A stretch of 64,000 nucleotides of DNA, from assembly GCF_016433145.1 (NCBI RefSeq), contig NC_058134.1, positions 282,531,542 to 282,595,541 on the forward strand, written 5' to 3'. This stretch comes from Gracilinanus agilis (lineage: Eukaryota). The number at the start of each line of letters is the position of its first letter. Within the stretch, counting starts at the first letter, position 1. Made by a program: the position numbers and the translations under genes. Positions 61,956-64,000 of this stretch are shown here, in pieces. The notes beneath the pieces are model-generated. The model ran no database searches and was not told the DNA's origin. It saw nothing but the letters and a program-made list of their open reading frames with translations.

Positions 61956-62519
61956 TTCTCTGCACATGGAGCTCAAGGCCCCAGCTCATTCCTCTAAGTG
62001 GAAATGTCTGCTGCTTAGCCATGGCAAATTGAGCTCCAGCCTCAAGGAGCCTCTGGTTTTGTTGGCTCTGCGGTGCTTTGCTTTTGAGCCCAGGCATGTG
62101 GCTCATCCTGCTCTGGGAGTTCTTAGTCTTGGGGGCAGCCTTATGAGTTTGAGATAGCAGGAGCTCCTGGGTTCCTTAGTGAGGACTGCCTGGCAGCAGG
62201 AGGAATTTACTACATTGGAGAGGGTGACAAGAAGAGAACTCAAGTCCTGAGCCTTTCTATGTGGCAGTTCCTGAACTCATCAACTGTGATGGATCAGCCA
62301 GGGGCAAAGAGTACTCTGTCCTAAAGCCCCAGAGGAAGAGGCCATCATAGCAAACCTACTCTCACTGAGCCCAAGAGGCCAACAGCAGCATAGACCCCGC
62401 ATTAAACCTCTGCCTATGGATGTGAGGCTGGTGGTGGCACAGAATCTCGGCCCCATAGGGTCCAGTCTACCATGGGGTACCCTATCCACTGAGCCATATA
62501 AAGCTGCCTCCATTTTTTT

Positions 62520-63827
62520 GTAGCCCTAAATAAAAAGTCAAGACTATCAAGAGAATCATTGGAAAACAAAGTGCCTGGCTGAACCAGACTTCAAACTTCA
62601 CCACAAAGCAGCAGTCATCAAAACTCTTTAGTACTAGTTTAAAGAAATGTTTTTAATGGAAGAGATCAGTGGAAGAGATTGGAGGCTCAGAGTCAAACAC
62701 AGTAAGTAGTATAGTGTCTGATAAAAACAGAGGTTCCAACTAGTCAGTCAACGAGCAGTAATTCATGTGGCAAAGAATCATTATTTGACAAAATGTTCTG
62801 GGATGCTGGAAAGCAATCTGGTAGCAATTGGGTTAAACCAGTATTTCACACAATATACCACCACAAGGGGGCATCTAGGTGGCTCACTGGATAGTGAGCC
62901 AGGATTAGAGATGGGAAGTCCTGGATTCAAATGTGACCTCAGACACTTCCTAGCTGTGTGACCCTGGGCAAGTCATTTAACCCCCATTTTCTAGCCCTTA
63001 TCGCTCTTTGGCCTAGGAACCAAAGCTTAGTATAGATTCTAGGACAAAAGGCAAGGGTTTAAAAACAAACAAACAAACAAGATACCATCGCAATGTCCAA
63101 ATGAATACAAGACCTGGATATGAAAAGTTATATCATAAACAAATTCATCTGGTAAAGAATCATTATTTGACAAAACCTTGTGAGACACTGGAAAGCAGCC
63201 CAGCAGAAATTGGATGAACATGAATATAGGAAGAAGATACCTTCCACAACCATAGAGAGTAGGAGAGAGCTTAACCAAACAGGAGATAAAATGAACAATT
63301 TTGATTGCATAAGATGGAGTGGGTTGTGTTTTTTTCCCCCCACAAACACAAGGGCAACCAGTTAACTGGGGGGGGGAAATTCCTGTAAATTACCTGTTGA
63401 AAGTCTGATTCCAACATAGTCAGGAATTGACGTATATGCACAAGAACAATAACCATTTCCTAATAGATAAGTGCCCAAAAGACATGAATAGCTATTTCTC
63501 AAAAGAAAAACAAGGTTTCAACAGCCATATGAAATTTGCTCCAATTCAATTTTAATTATAGTAATAGAAACTCACATTTAAACACCCTAAAGGTTCTATG
63601 TTTTATATATATGTATATATATACATATGTATATATATGTACATATATATATATATCAGATTGGCAAAATGACAATATTAGGGAAATGACTTGTTGGAGA
63701 GGCTGTGGGAAGACAGACACATTAATGCAATGTTGGTAGAAAACAATTTGGAGCTCTTCTCCAAAAGTAACTAAACTGTACATACCCTTTGACTCAGAAA
63801 TGACTCTTTTAGGCAGATACCCTAATG
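62520..63827 (+). mobile_element. Degenerate L1 ORF2 fragments with a SINE (about 62868-63065) and a TA microsatellite
   Basis: 'gacttcaaacttcaccacaaagcagcagtcatcaaaac' and 'tgttggagaggctgtgggaaga' are L1 ORF2 signatures. Confidence 0.8.
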
Positions 63828-64000
63828 AAGTGGTTCCCAAACTTTTTTGACCTATCGCCCCCTTTCCAGAAAAAAATATTACTTAGCGCCCTTGGAAATT
63901 AATTTTTTTTAAATTTTAATAGCAATTAATAGGAAAGATAAATGCAACTGTGGCCATCACTGCCTCCCTCATTGCTGCAGCACACACCAGGGGGTGGTAG
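63828..64000. mobile_element. hAT MITE related to the 21340 copy (opposite orientation, cut by window end)
   Basis: Both outer segments match the reverse complement of 21340-21532; the middle segment differs. Confidence 0.85.

Noticed and set aside
62095-62330. MWLILLWEFLVLGAAL and GIYYI-like stretch resembling a decayed RDH exon 1
   Set aside because: Immediate stops, no TGCDSGFG motif and only gapped short matches. A tBLASTn hit to SDR9C proteins would be needed to revive it.
38415-64000. Additional RDH16 or SDR9C7 paralog
   Set aside because: No NNAG, YxxSK or TGCDSG exon found by eye on either strand; SDR9C7 probably lies beyond the window.

Overview
Mammalian genomic DNA, most likely a didelphid marsupial (opossum-like), inferred from SINE1_Mdo-type SINEs, MAR1, RTE LINEs and marsupial-type L1. 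Three protein-coding genes are supported. ZBTB39 (+) has its CDS in one exon at 1604-3745, a CpG-island first exon and a 3'UTR of about 4 kb. GPR182/ACKR5 (-) is at 10479-11597. An RDH16-like SDR9C retinol dehydrogenase (+) has four coding exons of 313/259/164/218 nt at 28139-38252, giving 317 aa. The order matches the human ZBTB39-GPR182-RDH16 block in reverse orientation. Bases 38.4-64 kb are gene-free and packed with SINEs, L1, L2, MIR, RTE, hAT MITEs, solo LTRs, a degenerate LTR element with a tRNA-Arg primer site, and 7SL retrocopies. There are two assembly gaps. I found no convincing new protein-coding system. The best leads are regulatory or evolutionary: a spliced, strong-Kozak uORF chain in the ZBTB39 leader; a hAT MITE carrying a near-consensus CTCF motif that forms a divergent pair between GPR182 and RDH16; a probable unannotated CpG-rich first exon for RDH16; and a local inverted duplication. 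Repeat family names come from recalled consensus features, not a database search.
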